This document shows, piece after piece, positions 1 through 10,460 of a stretch of 64,000 nucleotides of DNA (the first letter of the stretch is position 1; each line of letters starts with the position of its first letter). Below the pieces are notes generated by a model. That model was not told the DNA's origin. It did not search any database and saw only the letters and a list, made by a program, of their open reading frames with translations. The DNA comes from Kiritimatiellales bacterium (GTDB lineage Bacteria > Verrucomicrobiota > Kiritimatiellia > Kiritimatiellales > Pontiellaceae): positions 15,734-79,733 of the forward strand of contig JAIPJC010000001.1 of the NCBI GenBank assembly GCA_021734345.1, written 5' to 3'. Made by a program: the position numbers and the translations under genes.

Positions 1-1
1 A

Positions 2-757
2 GCGGAATGTGCCACAGACAAACACCGCGTTGAAAATACAACCCCAAAAGCAAGCACGGGCACAGCAGAAAACTATCTTGTCGCGGGCGCGACCACGAAG
101 ATGTACCAAGACCAGATTGCTGCACTCAATACAATTAAAAGTAGTTACCTTAAAAATATTGCACTCTTCGCTGGACTAAAGGCAGCTATTCATAGCTACG
201 CAACAGATACGCTGATTTCGCTAGAGTTTGGTGATGTCGCAGAATCAATTTTTGATCAACTCAGATATGATGTTGATACATTTGTCCGTTCACGCAGCCC
301 AAAGGCAGCTGAAAAGCTTGTTGCCATTTCAGAAAGAATGGCAGAAGGAAACCCGGAAGCATGCGCGGAGGCATTGACGTCTTGTCGTCGACTGTTGATG
401 ACAATTGCAGATTCAGTATCCCCCCCCTCAGAAATTGACTGGACTGATCGCTCAGGAAAAAAGCGAAAGGTTGGAGCGGGTGATTATAAAAACCGGCTTA
501 TTGCCTTTATCGAGTCAAAAATTGTATCCGATGGAACTCGCTCACTTTTGGAAAATGATCTTGAACACCTTTGCTCACGCCTAGATGCAATTTATGACAA
601 GAGCTGCAAAGGTGTTCATGCTGAAATCACGTTTGAGGAGTCTCGCCTCACGATTGTACAAGCATATATTTTTATTGGAGAAGTTGCTCGGGTAGATACA
701 CGAGAAGACCAACAAGGCGATCGAGGGGTACGTGAAAAGGAGGGAGAAGCTGAATAG
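2..757 (+). CDS. 5'-partial hypothetical protein resembling the C-terminal helical part of AbiTii-associated / HEPN-like proteins (possible defence gene)
   Basis: Frame is open from position 2 through the ATG at 101, so the gene starts upstream of the window. Clearly AT-richer than its neighbours. Motifs ALTSCRRLL..IAD, YKNRL and terminal KGVH resemble that family from memory. Confidence 0.45.
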   Translation, partial: AECATDKHRVENTTPKASTGTAENYLVAGATTKMYQDQIAALNTIKSSYLKNIALFAGLKAAIHSYATDTLISLEFGDVAESIFDQLRYDVDTFVRSRSPKAAEKLVAISERMAEGNPEACAEALTSCRRLLMTIADSVSPPSEIDWTDRSGKKRKVGAGDYKNRLIAFIESKIVSDGTRSLLENDLEHLCSRLDAIYDKSCKGVHAEITFEESRLTIVQAYIFIGEVARVDTREDQQGDRGVREKEGEAE

Positions 758-925
758 ATGAGGTGACAATAATTCCCCTTCCCCCTCCCTCATCGCAATC
801 GTTCATCATTTATTCCTTGGGGAATTCCACTGCCATCCCGTTCCTTGTTTGTGTTGAGCGCGTCAGACGAATCCATGCTTCTTCCTTGAACTCCCCTGCC
901 CCCTATGTCCTTATTTCCGGCTTGT

Positions 926-3900
926 ATGGAACAGTCGGAAACCAAGGCAATTTTACAGGAAGTGAAGCAGTCGCTGGACGGGCTGTTGTTGCGGGATCGC
1001 GCGCATTTGAATTCGCTGATGCGGCGGGTACGACAGTGCATCCATGACGGGCAACCGTCGGACAAGCTGGCGGCGAAACTGAAGGATGTACATGTCCAAT
1101 CGCTGGAACGCGCGCAGAAGCGGGCGACGGTTCAGCTTCAACTCGACTATCCCGAAAATCTTCCCATCTCCGGAAAACGCGGCGACATTCAAAAGCTGAT
1201 CGAAGCGAACCAAGTCGTCATTGTGTGCGGCACCACGGGTTCGGGCAAGACGACACAGCTCCCGAAGATCGTGCTGGAGGCCGGCGCGGGCAAGACCGGG
1301 CGGATCGGCGTAACCCAGCCGCGGCGGCTGGCGGCGACGGGCATGGCGCGCCGCGTGGCGGAGGAGATGCAGACCGACTATGGCAAGGGCGTCGGTTGCC
1401 AAGTACGGTTCGACGACCAGACCTGCGACGAAACCATCATCAAGTTCATGACCGACGGCATTCTGCTGGCGGAAACCCAGCGCGACCGCCATCTACTGCA
1501 ATACGACTGCATCATTATCGACGAAGCCCACGAGCGCAGCCTGAACATCGACTTCCTGCTCGGCTACCTCAAGAGCCTGCTGGTGGTTCGCCCCGACCTT
1601 AAAATCGTCATCAGCTCGGCGACGCTCGACGCCAAAAGCTTTTCGGAGTTCTTCAACCACGCACCGGTCATCGAAGTCGAAGGCCGTACCTATCCGGTGG
1701 AGGATTTTTTCCTGCCGCCGGGCCAGGACGAAGAGCTTTCCAACCACATCCTGCGCGCCATGCGCTGGATCACGGACGTCGACGACCGGGGCGACGTGCT
1801 GATCTTCCTGCCGGGCGAGCGCGAAATCCGTGATGCCACCGCCAAGCTCGAAGGCCGGAAGTGGAAGGATACGGAAGTGCTGCCACTGTATGGCCGACTG
1901 AGCATGGCCGAGCAGCAGCGCGTCTTCAAGGTCGGTGGCCGCCGCCGGATCATCCTGGCGACAAACGTCGCCGAAACCTCCATCACCATTCCGGGCATCC
2001 ATTATGTGATCGACTCGGGCCAGGTGCGCCTGAGCCGCTTCAATCCGCGCACGCAGGTGCAGGGCTTGCAGATCGAACAGGTTTCACAGGCCAGCGCGCG
2101 CCAGCGACGCGGGCGTTGCGGCCGCGTGACCGATGGTATCTGCATCTATCTCTACGACAAGGATACGCTCGAAGGCAGCGCGCCCTATACCGATCCCGAA
2201 ATCCGGCGAACCTCGCTCGCCGGCGTCATCCTGCAAATGGATCTGCTTGGCCTGCCGCCCATCGAGCAGTTCCCGTTGATCGACCCGCCCCAACCGGCAT
2301 TGATCCGCGAAGGCTACAAGGCGTTGCAGGACATCGGCGCGATCGACGACGAACACAGGCTGACCAAGATCGGGAAAGAGATCGCCGCGTTTCCGGTCGA
2401 CCCGCATCTGGCGCGCATGATCGTGCAGGCGAGCGACGAAGGCGCGCTGCCGGAAATCCTCATCCTCGTGGCCTTCCTTTCGATCCAGGACGTGCGCGAG
2501 CGGCCGACCGATAAAGCCGACGCCGCCGACCTCGCTCACAAGAAATGGGTCGACCCGAAATCGGATTTCATCACCATTCTCAACCTGTGGAACTTTATCG
2601 AAGCCGAAAAGGGAGCGGGCGCGTCGCACGGCAAGCTGCGCAAGCTCTGCAAAACCAACTTCATCAACTACCGCCGCGTGACGGAGTGGCGGAATCTCTG
2701 GATCGATTTAAAGCAGACGGTGCGGGATATGGGATGGAAACTCCATGTAGACGATGCTTCCAGCTTCGTTGCGCACGCCAAGTCCACCGACCGCTCCAAC
2801 GCAACGAAGCTGGAAGCATCGTCTACACTCTTCCACTACGACCTAGTGCACCGTAGCCTGCTGGCGGGGTTGCCAGCCAATATTGGGATGAAGGGCGAAG
2901 ACCGCGAGTTTACCGCCGCGCGCAACCGCAAGTTTTTCATCTTCCCCGGCTCGGCGCTGTTCAAGAAACCGCCGGAGTGGGTGATGGTGTTTGCACTGGT
3001 GGAAACAACGCGGCTGTACGCGCGCACCGTCGCGGAAATCAAACCGGAGTGGCTGGAGGATGTCGCGCCGCACCTGTGCACGGCGGTCTATAAAAAGCCG
3101 GAGTGGGATGCGGGCAAGGGCTTCGTCTATGCCAAGGAGTCGATCGTTTCGGGCGGCCTAACGCTGCTCGACGGGCGCAACGTGCACTATGGGCCGATCA
3201 ATCCGGAAGAGGCGCGCAAAATATTCATCCGTGAAGCACTCGTTCCGGGCAACCTGACTACGCATGGCGGATGGCTTGCCTTGCATTTGAAGATGCTCGA
3301 CGACATAGCCTCGTTGGAAGAGAAGATCCGCCGCCCCGGCGCCCTGCTCGACACCGACGCCATCTTCGACCACTTCAACCAGCTGCTACCGGCGGACGTC
3401 TATTCCGTCCAGACGCTGGAGCAATGGATCCGCGCCACGAAGGCGCGCATCGCCATGCGGATGAAGGATGCGATGTATGCGCAGTCGACGCCGATTACTC
3501 CGGAGGACTATCCGGACGAGCTGACCTTCCACCACACCGATTTCCATCTGCTCTATACCTTCGATCCCGGCGCGGAGCTCGACGGCATCGCGCTCGTCTG
3601 CCCGACGGACAAGCTGGCCTTCCTGCCGGACTGGGCGCCCGACTGGCTCGTACCGGGCTGGCTGGAGGAAAAGGTCAACCGCCTGCTGCGCACCCTGCCG
3701 AAACACCTGCGCGATGCGATCATGCCCATCGATCAAACATCCGTCCGTTTTGTCCGCTCGACCGGATCGCCCGAAAGGCCGTTGCTGGATGCGTTGTCGC
3801 TTTTCCTGCAAAAGGAATTCAAGCTGCCGGTGGATGCCTCCGATTTCGATGAAGCCGCCCTACCCGCCTTCCTGCGGATGAAGGTGATTGAAACGAAGGA

Positions 3901-4837
3901 CAACCAAATCGTCCACGTACACACCTCGATCTCCGCCGAGCACCGGCTGGCGATCCACCGCACCGGAGCGGAAACAGCCTTCGCCAAGTGGTCGCTACCC
4001 CCGCAAAAGACGTGGCCGGGCGACGTGCTGCCCGAATTCATCACGAGTGCCGACAGCAAGCAGACGCGCGGCTACCCCGCGCTGACGGATGAAGCCGGCT
4101 GTGTGGGCCGGCAGGTTTTCCTGAGCGCGACGGTTGCTAAATACGAACACCGCGCGGGGCTCGTCCGCCTGTTCCGGATCCAGCAGGCCGAGCAGGTGAA
4201 GTATGTCGAGAAACGTCCGCAGCTCACGCCCACGATCCAGCTCACGATGGCGGCGATCGACAGCGGCTTTCTGTCCGACTTTTTCGATGCGGCGATCTTC
4301 GACGCGCTGACCAAGGACGGTGCCGTTGAGATCCGCGACGCCGCCACCTTTGCGGAGCGCGCGGCGGATGCGCGCACCATGCTTTATGAAACTGCGGCGG
4401 AGCAGGCGGAGATCCTGGAAAGCATGCTGGAGCAGCGTGACCGGATTATCGACGCGCTGGAAGGAGTCCCAAGTGAATACGATGCGCGCCACGACATGGA
4501 GATGCAGCTGGCGTTTCTGTTCCGTCCGGGCTTTCTCCAAACCATGGATGTGTTCGGCCGCTATCCGCGCTACCTGAAAGCGTTGCAGATCCGCATCCAG
4601 CGTTTCCGCAACAACCCGCAGACGGATGCACGCAAGATGGAGGAAGTCGAACCGTTCCAAAACCGGCTCAGCGCAAAGCTGATGGAGAGCGACGACATTG
4701 GATCGGCCTACGATCTACTGGAGTTCGCGATGCTGCTCGAAGAGTTCCGCGTCAACCGCTTCGCCCCGGAAATAAACACGCCGCTGAAGGTTTCCTCCCA
4801 GCGGCTCGAAGAAATTTTCCAGTCCTTGGAAGACTAG
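926..4837 (+). CDS. hrpA: ATP-dependent RNA helicase HrpA
   Basis: GTTGSGKTTQ Walker A, TQPRRLAA, DEAH, SAT, TNVAETSITIP, QRRGRCGR and a long HrpA-type C-terminal region (~1300 aa). Start at 926 or 905. Confidence 0.95.
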   Translation: MEQSETKAILQEVKQSLDGLLLRDRAHLNSLMRRVRQCIHDGQPSDKLAAKLKDVHVQSLERAQKRATVQLQLDYPENLPISGKRGDIQKLIEANQVVIVCGTTGSGKTTQLPKIVLEAGAGKTGRIGVTQPRRLAATGMARRVAEEMQTDYGKGVGCQVRFDDQTCDETIIKFMTDGILLAETQRDRHLLQYDCIIIDEAHERSLNIDFLLGYLKSLLVVRPDLKIVISSATLDAKSFSEFFNHAPVIEVEGRTYPVEDFFLPPGQDEELSNHILRAMRWITDVDDRGDVLIFLPGEREIRDATAKLEGRKWKDTEVLPLYGRLSMAEQQRVFKVGGRRRIILATNVAETSITIPGIHYVIDSGQVRLSRFNPRTQVQGLQIEQVSQASARQRRGRCGRVTDGICIYLYDKDTLEGSAPYTDPEIRRTSLAGVILQMDLLGLPPIEQFPLIDPPQPALIREGYKALQDIGAIDDEHRLTKIGKEIAAFPVDPHLARMIVQASDEGALPEILILVAFLSIQDVRERPTDKADAADLAHKKWVDPKSDFITILNLWNFIEAEKGAGASHGKLRKLCKTNFINYRRVTEWRNLWIDLKQTVRDMGWKLHVDDASSFVAHAKSTDRSNATKLEASSTLFHYDLVHRSLLAGLPANIGMKGEDREFTAARNRKFFIFPGSALFKKPPEWVMVFALVETTRLYARTVAEIKPEWLEDVAPHLCTAVYKKPEWDAGKGFVYAKESIVSGGLTLLDGRNVHYGPINPEEARKIFIREALVPGNLTTHGGWLALHLKMLDDIASLEEKIRRPGALLDTDAIFDHFNQLLPADVYSVQTLEQWIRATKARIAMRMKDAMYAQSTPITPEDYPDELTFHHTDFHLLYTFDPGAELDGIALVCPTDKLAFLPDWAPDWLVPGWLEEKVNRLLRTLPKHLRDAIMPIDQTSVRFVRSTGSPERPLLDALSLFLQKEFKLPVDASDFDEAALPAFLRMKVIETKDNQIVHVHTSISAEHRLAIHRTGAETAFAKWSLPPQKTWPGDVLPEFITSADSKQTRGYPALTDEAGCVGRQVFLSATVAKYEHRAGLVRLFRIQQAEQVKYVEKRPQLTPTIQLTMAAIDSGFLSDFFDAAIFDALTKDGAVEIRDAATFAERAADARTMLYETAAEQAEILESMLEQRDRIIDALEGVPSEYDARHDMEMQLAFLFRPGFLQTMDVFGRYPRYLKALQIRIQRFRNNPQTDARKMEEVEPFQNRLSAKLMESDDIGSAYDLLEFAMLLEEFRVNRFAPEINTPLKVSSQRLEEIFQSLED

Positions 4838-5622
4838 AGCTTGCGGATGGTGTTATCGGCCCACTCGTTGCTTTTCTCAATGATCTCGGCAATCGGACCG
4901 GAGAGGACGTAGAGGTGGACCAGCGCAAAAAACGCAAACGCACCAAATTGAACCAGCGCCACGACCACTAGGCCCAACATGGCAAAACGAAGAGCGGGCG
5001 GGCCGGATTTGGCGAGTTTCTTGAAGTGCATGTATTCAAAGCCGCTGACCATCAGGAAGCCGGTGATGAGTGCATAGGCCACGGCGACGATCGCCACGGG
5101 CAGGGCTCCGGGATCCATCCGGTTGAGCAGCAACATCACGGAACAAATGGCCAATGCCGCCGCCGGGGATGGCAAACCCGTGAAGGATGGTTTCGAGGGA
5201 CTATCGGACAGGGCCAACGTGTTGTAGGTAGCCAGGCGCCACATGGTGCAGATTGCATAGAACCCGGCGGCCGACCAGGCGATCCATATTCCCGGCAAAC
5301 CGTAGTCGCTCAGATTAATGGCGAGCTGATGGACCAGAATGGCGGGTGCAACGCCGAAGGAGATCAGGTCCGACAGGGAGTCGAGCTGCATCCCGTGCAG
5401 GCTCTCCGCATGCAGCTTGCGGGCGGCATAGCCGTCGAATACATCGAAGAACATCGCGGCAAAGATCAGCCAAATGGCTATCGCAGGCACCAGCGGTGAT
5501 TCCGTTGCACCGCCCATCAGGTAGAAGATGGCCGACAACCCGCACAGCGCGTTGCAGAGGGTTATGGTGCAGGGAATGAAAGAGAGGTTCCCGTTCCACA
5601 TTCTTAATTTTGCATGTCTCAT
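4834..5622 (-). CDS. pssA: CDP-diacylglycerol--serine O-phosphatidyltransferase
   Basis: CDP-alcohol phosphotransferase motif DVFDGYAARKL..ESLHGMQLDSLSDLISFG and FTGLPSPAA. Directly downstream of psd. Start re-assigned to the ATG at 5622. Confidence 0.88.
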   Translation of the reverse strand: MRHAKLRMWNGNLSFIPCTITLCNALCGLSAIFYLMGGATESPLVPAIAIWLIFAAMFFDVFDGYAARKLHAESLHGMQLDSLSDLISFGVAPAILVHQLAINLSDYGLPGIWIAWSAAGFYAICTMWRLATYNTLALSDSPSKPSFTGLPSPAAALAICSVMLLLNRMDPGALPVAIVAVAYALITGFLMVSGFEYMHFKKLAKSGPPALRFAMLGLVVVALVQFGAFAFFALVHLYVLSGPIAEIIEKSNEWADNTIRKL

Positions 5623-5630
5623 AAATTTTC

Positions 5631-6320
5631 CTACATCCCCATCCGTGCGATCACCGAGGATCCCGACCGGACCTTGTCGCCGACCTTGACGGCAACCTTC
5701 ACCCACGGTTCATTAGGCAGATAAAGCTCCGTCCTCGAACCGAACTTGATCATTCCGTATATCTCGCCTTTGTCAAGCCTTGCCCCCGGCTTAGAATCGC
5801 ACACGATCCGGCGGGCAATCGCCCCCGAAATCTGCCGCACCGCCACCGGGAACGACCGGGTGGAGGCCTGCCCCGTGCCGGCAATCACGAGCGATTCGTT
5901 CTCCTTTGCGCAGAGCGGATTGCGGGCATCAAGGAAGCGGCCTTCCTTGTATTTCCGGTATTCGACCGAAAATGCACACGGAGCCCGGTTCACATGCACA
6001 TCGAGAACCGACAGGAAAATGCCGATCCGGAGCAGCTCCTGCCCTTCGAACAGGTCGATCCCATGATCCCGCACCGGCCCGATATCGCGCACCAATCCAT
6101 CGGCCGGGGAAACCAGCACCTCGTCGCCGGGCGCGATGGTGCGCCGTGGAACCCGGAAAAAGGCCGCGATGGCCAACCACAGCAACCCGGTCAACACCAT
6201 CAGCGCAATTCCGGTCGCTTGGTGGAGGCGAAGCGCCACAAACAGCCACAACCCGCCGAGCAGCAGTGCGATGCACCCGCTACCCAGCCACTCCCGCATT
6301 CCATATCTAGCCAGTTTCAT
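5631..6320 (-). CDS. psd: phosphatidylserine decarboxylase proenzyme
   Basis: FFRVP, VSPADG, IFLSVLDVHVNRAP, KENE, IARRI and the self-cleavage motif FGSRT. Start at MKLARYG (6320). Confidence 0.93.
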   Translation of the reverse strand: MKLARYGMREWLGSGCIALLLGGLWLFVALRLHQATGIALMVLTGLLWLAIAAFFRVPRRTIAPGDEVLVSPADGLVRDIGPVRDHGIDLFEGQELLRIGIFLSVLDVHVNRAPCAFSVEYRKYKEGRFLDARNPLCAKENESLVIAGTGQASTRSFPVAVRQISGAIARRIVCDSKPGARLDKGEIYGMIKFGSRTELYLPNEPWVKVAVKVGDKVRSGSSVIARMGM

Positions 6321-6330
6321 ACGTAGATTC

Positions 6331-6843
6331 CTATGCCCCTTGCAGGCGTTGGGCCTTGCGGTCCCGCCGCAGTTGCCGCTTTTCGCGGTGGCTTCGCACC
6401 AAATAAACAATCACGACGTAGCCGATCATGGCCGAAATCGAGCCGAAAACCAGCCCGCCCACAAAAAAGGATAGGACGATCTCCCCGCCAAATCCCAGCA
6501 AGTTCGCCAGCGTCGGCGTCGCGATAAGGTTTGCCGAAGCCTCGCGCAACGATTCGTAGGAGAAGGAATGGCCCAGCAAGACACTCCCCACGTAGCACTG
6601 GAACGGGTAGATGAACGGGATCGTCAGCGGGTTGCTGACCCAGGTGAACAGCAGTGCCGGCACCTTGGCCGCCTTGAACAACATCGCCAAGGGAAAGGCC
6701 GCCAGCATTTGGAACGAAAGCGGTACGGCGAATCCGGTCAGCAGCCCAATCGCCGCACCGCGCCCAACGCTTTCGGGCGAACCCTTGTGCTTCATCAGCC
6801 GCAAGTAAGTCTGCCTAACATTCTTTTTTGAAAAGTATTCCAT
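6331..6843 (-). CDS. DUF2062-family membrane protein
   Basis: SPESVGRGAAIGL and TWVSNPLTIP motifs plus hydrophobic helices. Confidence 0.8.
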   Translation of the reverse strand: MEYFSKKNVRQTYLRLMKHKGSPESVGRGAAIGLLTGFAVPLSFQMLAAFPLAMLFKAAKVPALLFTWVSNPLTIPFIYPFQCYVGSVLLGHSFSYESLREASANLIATPTLANLLGFGGEIVLSFFVGGLVFGSISAMIGYVVIVYLVRSHREKRQLRRDRKAQRLQGA

Positions 6844-7006
6844 AGACCAAGCCGCATATAGATATCGATTCGACGAAATCAAACAAGCCGAAAAACGCCC
6901 ATTCGGGAAATTACTACGGGCTTTGGATTTCCAAATCATTGGAAAATGCGGCTAAAGCGACCGTTGCGTTTTTCGCCAACGGTTGCGATGGCATTCGGCG
7001 GTCGTT

Positions 7007-7789
7007 TTACCAGATGGTATATCCGCCATCGATCAGGACGTTGACCCCGGTCATGTAGCGGGAACTGTCCGAGGCCAGAAACACAACCAACCCTTCCAGA
7101 TCCTCGGGTTCGCCCGGAATGCCCATCGGCACCATGGACATCTTCGCCGCATAGCCTGCCGGATCCTTTTTCCAGAACCCTTCGACCAGCGGAGTTTTCA
7201 TGTATCCAGGGCTGATGGCGTTGACGGTAATCCCGTGTTTGGCCAGATCGGCGGCAAACGCCTTCGTCAACATCGCAACGCCAGCCTTCGATGCGCAATA
7301 GACGCCGCTCGACCCGTAGGTGTTCTGGTTGACGATGACCGACGACATGGAACCGACATTGATGATCCGGCCCGATCCCTGTTTGATCATCTGCCGCGCC
7401 ACCGCCTGGTTGCTGAGGAACGTTCCTTTGAGATTGATATCGATGATCTTGTTCCAGTCCTTCTCTTCCATGTCCATCATCGGCGTTCCGAGGACCGTCA
7501 CGCCGGCGCTGTTGACCAGGATATCGAGATGACCAAACTCGCGGACACACTCTTCGGTCACCTCGCGGAGGCGGGTTGCGCTGGTGACGTCGACTTGCAG
7601 CGCCAGCGTACGGCGGCCCAACGCCTGAATTTCATCCGCCACAACCGCGGAGCTCTCCTGATTGATATCGGCCACGGCGACATCGGCCCCCGCGCCAGCA
7701 AGAGCCATGGCCATGGCCTTGCCCAACCCCGAAGCCCCGCCCGTCACCATCGCGGTTTTACCGCTTAGACTGAATAGTTTATCGATCAT
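7007..7789 (-). CDS. SDR-family NAD(P)-dependent oxidoreductase (polyol/sugar-acid dehydrogenase-like)
   Basis: TGGASGLG, NSAG, YCASK, NAISPG, DGGY. Confidence 0.9.
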   Translation of the reverse strand: MIDKLFSLSGKTAMVTGGASGLGKAMAMALAGAGADVAVADINQESSAVVADEIQALGRRTLALQVDVTSATRLREVTEECVREFGHLDILVNSAGVTVLGTPMMDMEEKDWNKIIDINLKGTFLSNQAVARQMIKQGSGRIINVGSMSSVIVNQNTYGSSGVYCASKAGVAMLTKAFAADLAKHGITVNAISPGYMKTPLVEGFWKKDPAGYAAKMSMVPMGIPGEPEDLEGLVVFLASDSSRYMTGVNVLIDGGYTIW

Positions 7790-8793
7790 AATTTTCCCGA
7801 CTTGCATGTCCGTTTTAGAAGTTCCCGCGCCTGCGCCGCGATATGCCCGGCCGTGAGTCCGAACCGTTGCATCAGGTAAGCCAGATCACCGACCTCACCG
7901 AATTCATCGGCAATCCCGATCCGCTTCATCGGCGTCGGCAGGTTTTCCGCCAATACATCCGCCACAGCCGACCCCAATCCGTTTATGATCTGGTGGTTCT
8001 CGCAGGTCATGACTGCGCCGGTTTTGGCGGCGTACGCCAGCACCAGCTCGGCATCGAGCGGCTTGACCGTAAGGATGTCGATGACGGCCACCGACAAGCC
8101 GTCCTGCTGCGCAAGCATCTCCGCCGCCTTCAACGCTTCGGGAACCATGAGCGCCCCCAATGCGATAATCGTCAGGTCGTCGCCGTCAACCAGCACCTTG
8201 CCTTTGCCGAGCTCGAACTCTTCCGTATCGGCATAAATATCGACCACCGATTTCCGATGAAGCCGCATGTAGGTGCAACCCTCGTGGCCGGCACTCTTTT
8301 TCATCAGCTTGCGGAGCGATACGTTGTCGCTTGGTTCGAACACAACAAGCCCCGGCACCGTTTTCATAATGCCGAGATCCTCGAAGGTCATGTGCGTGCC
8401 GCCGTTGTAGAGCGCGCTGATGCCGGGATCGCTGCCCACCAGCTTTACGTTGCGCCGCGCATAGTTTGCGGAAATGAAAAACTGGTCGAAGGCGCGTCGG
8501 GCGGCGAAGCAGGCAAAGGTCATGGCAAACGGTATCTTGCCGGTCGAGGACAACCCGGCGGCCGTGCTCACCATGTTTGCTTCCGCCACACCCATGTTGA
8601 ATGTGCGGCCGGGAAATTGTTTGCGGAAGGAGCATGTCCCATGAGCCGTCATCAAGTCGGCATCAAGCAGAACGATGCGCTCATCTTCCGTCGCGAGTGC
8701 GATCAGGGTCTCGGCCAAGGTTGCCCGCATCTCTTTGGGTTTGCTTTCCGACGGGGCCCGTTGCGCCACGGCGACTGCGGTTTGGTTGCTCAT
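7786..8793 (-). CDS. transketolase, C-terminal subunit (split type)
   Basis: MGVAEANM, GGTHMTFEDL, ENHQIINGLGSAV. Overlaps the N-terminal subunit gene. Confidence 0.92.
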   Translation of the reverse strand: MSNQTAVAVAQRAPSESKPKEMRATLAETLIALATEDERIVLLDADLMTAHGTCSFRKQFPGRTFNMGVAEANMVSTAAGLSSTGKIPFAMTFACFAARRAFDQFFISANYARRNVKLVGSDPGISALYNGGTHMTFEDLGIMKTVPGLVVFEPSDNVSLRKLMKKSAGHEGCTYMRLHRKSVVDIYADTEEFELGKGKVLVDGDDLTIIALGALMVPEALKAAEMLAQQDGLSVAVIDILTVKPLDAELVLAYAAKTGAVMTCENHQIINGLGSAVADVLAENLPTPMKRIGIADEFGEVGDLAYLMQRFGLTAGHIAAQARELLKRTCKSGKL

Positions 8794-9620
8794 ATTCCGG
8801 CCTCCCGCAACATTGCGATGGCTTGTTCTGCGGCCTTCGGATCAATGGCCATGTTGTGGCTCTCCACCCTGTTTTCCGCAAAGAAGGCACCTTTGCCTTT
8901 TTTGGTATCGAGGATGATCATCGACGGTCGGGAGGTTTCCGCCTTCGCCCGGTTGATGGCCACATCCATCTCTTCCAAGTCGTGGCCATTGACGCGTTGT
9001 ACGAACCAGCCGAAGGCCACCCATTTGACATTGAGGTCGTCGATGCCCATCACCTCATGCATGAACCCGTCGATTTGCAGTTTGTTGTAATCCGTGAAGG
9101 CGATGAGGTGGTTGAGCTTGAACTGGCTGGCCGCCATCGCCGCTTCCCAGACCTGGCCCTCATTCGTTTCCCCATCGCCGATGATGGCGTACACCTTGCT
9201 CGACCGGCCATCGATGCGGTTGCCCAGGCAAATACCGATGGCCGCGGAGAGGCCCTGCCCGAGCGATCCCGTGGTCATGTCGATGCCCGGCGTCCGGTTC
9301 ATGTCGCAGTGGCTCGGCAAGCGGGTACCGCCCTGGTTCAAGGTATGCAACCAGTCAACCGGGAAGAACCCTTTGAGCGCCAGCGTACTGTAAAGCGCCG
9401 GCCCGGCATGCCCCTTGGAGAGCACCAGCCGATCACGGTCGGGCCTTGTCGGATCGAGCGGATCGACGTCCATGTGCCGGTAATACAGGAGCGTGAGCAC
9501 GTCCACGATCGACAACGAACCACCGAGATGCCCGATGCCAAGATGCGCAATCGCATCGATGGTGAGGATCCGGATATGGTTCGCCGTCTTCTTTAATGGC
9601 GATAGTTCATCGTTGGTCAT
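8790..9620 (-). CDS. transketolase, N-terminal (TPP-binding) subunit
   Basis: GHLGGSLS, DRLVLSKGHA, TGSLGQG, GDGE..EG.VWEA TPP motif. Confidence 0.93.
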   Translation of the reverse strand: MTNDELSPLKKTANHIRILTIDAIAHLGIGHLGGSLSIVDVLTLLYYRHMDVDPLDPTRPDRDRLVLSKGHAGPALYSTLALKGFFPVDWLHTLNQGGTRLPSHCDMNRTPGIDMTTGSLGQGLSAAIGICLGNRIDGRSSKVYAIIGDGETNEGQVWEAAMAASQFKLNHLIAFTDYNKLQIDGFMHEVMGIDDLNVKWVAFGWFVQRVNGHDLEEMDVAINRAKAETSRPSMIILDTKKGKGAFFAENRVESHNMAIDPKAAEQAIAMLREAGI

Positions 9621-9621
9621 A

Positions 9622-10428
9622 TTAGATCTTTTTCGATTCGTACGGTTCGGCGGTTACAAGTTGGCTGCTGGTGCCACCATCGATGACCAGGTTGGCGCCG
9701 GTCATGTAGGTGGATTCATCGCTGATCATGAACACGGCGGCGGACGAGATTTCGGCGCAGGTACCGACGCGGTGCATCGGGATGTTGGAGTTCCAGTGGT
9801 CGTTGCACTCTTGATGGCTGGGTGCCGCATTAAGGATGTCATCCCAAATCTGGGTATGGATCAGGCCGGGGCTCAACACGTTGACCCGGATTTTCCGCGA
9901 CGCAAATTCGATGCCGAGGGATTTGGTCAGGCCGACCATGCCCCACTTGGCCGCATCATACGGTGCCGCGCCCTTGACTGCCGCCATCGTGTGATTGGAA
10001 GCCACGTTGATGATCGATCCACCATCACCGGTCTTCAGCATTTCCAGGATCGCACGGCGGCAGCACAGGTAGGTGCCGCGCAAGTCCACGTTCAGAACGC
10101 GGTCCCAAGCCTCGGGGGTGCATTCTTCAAAGGGACAAACAAAATTCACACCGGCGTTGTTCACCAAGCCGTCAATCCGCCCGTACTTTTTGACCGCGGC
10201 ATCAAACAGCGCCGTGACATCCGCCTCCGATGAAATATCGGTCTGGATGAAGATCGCATCGCCGCCCTTGGCGACAATCGCATCAACCACGCCCTGACCG
10301 GTCGACGCCCGGCGGGAAGCCGCAACGACCTTGGCCCCTTCCAGCGCAAATCGCTCGGCGATATCCTTGCCAATGCCAGATCCAGTTCCGGTGACGACAA
10401 CCACTTTTCCTTGCAGTCTCATATTCAA
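9622..10428 (-). CDS. SDR-family oxidoreductase
   Basis: TGTGSGIG, NNAG, YDAAK, VIDGG. Confidence 0.9.
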   Translation of the reverse strand: MNMRLQGKVVVVTGTGSGIGKDIAERFALEGAKVVAASRRASTGQGVVDAIVAKGGDAIFIQTDISSEADVTALFDAAVKKYGRIDGLVNNAGVNFVCPFEECTPEAWDRVLNVDLRGTYLCCRRAILEMLKTGDGGSIINVASNHTMAAVKGAAPYDAAKWGMVGLTKSLGIEFASRKIRVNVLSPGLIHTQIWDDILNAAPSHQECNDHWNSNIPMHRVGTCAEISSAAVFMISDESTYMTGANLVIDGGTSSQLVTAEPYESKKI

Positions 10429-10460
10429 TCTCCGTTCGTTTTTGTTTTTGTCAGCATCCC

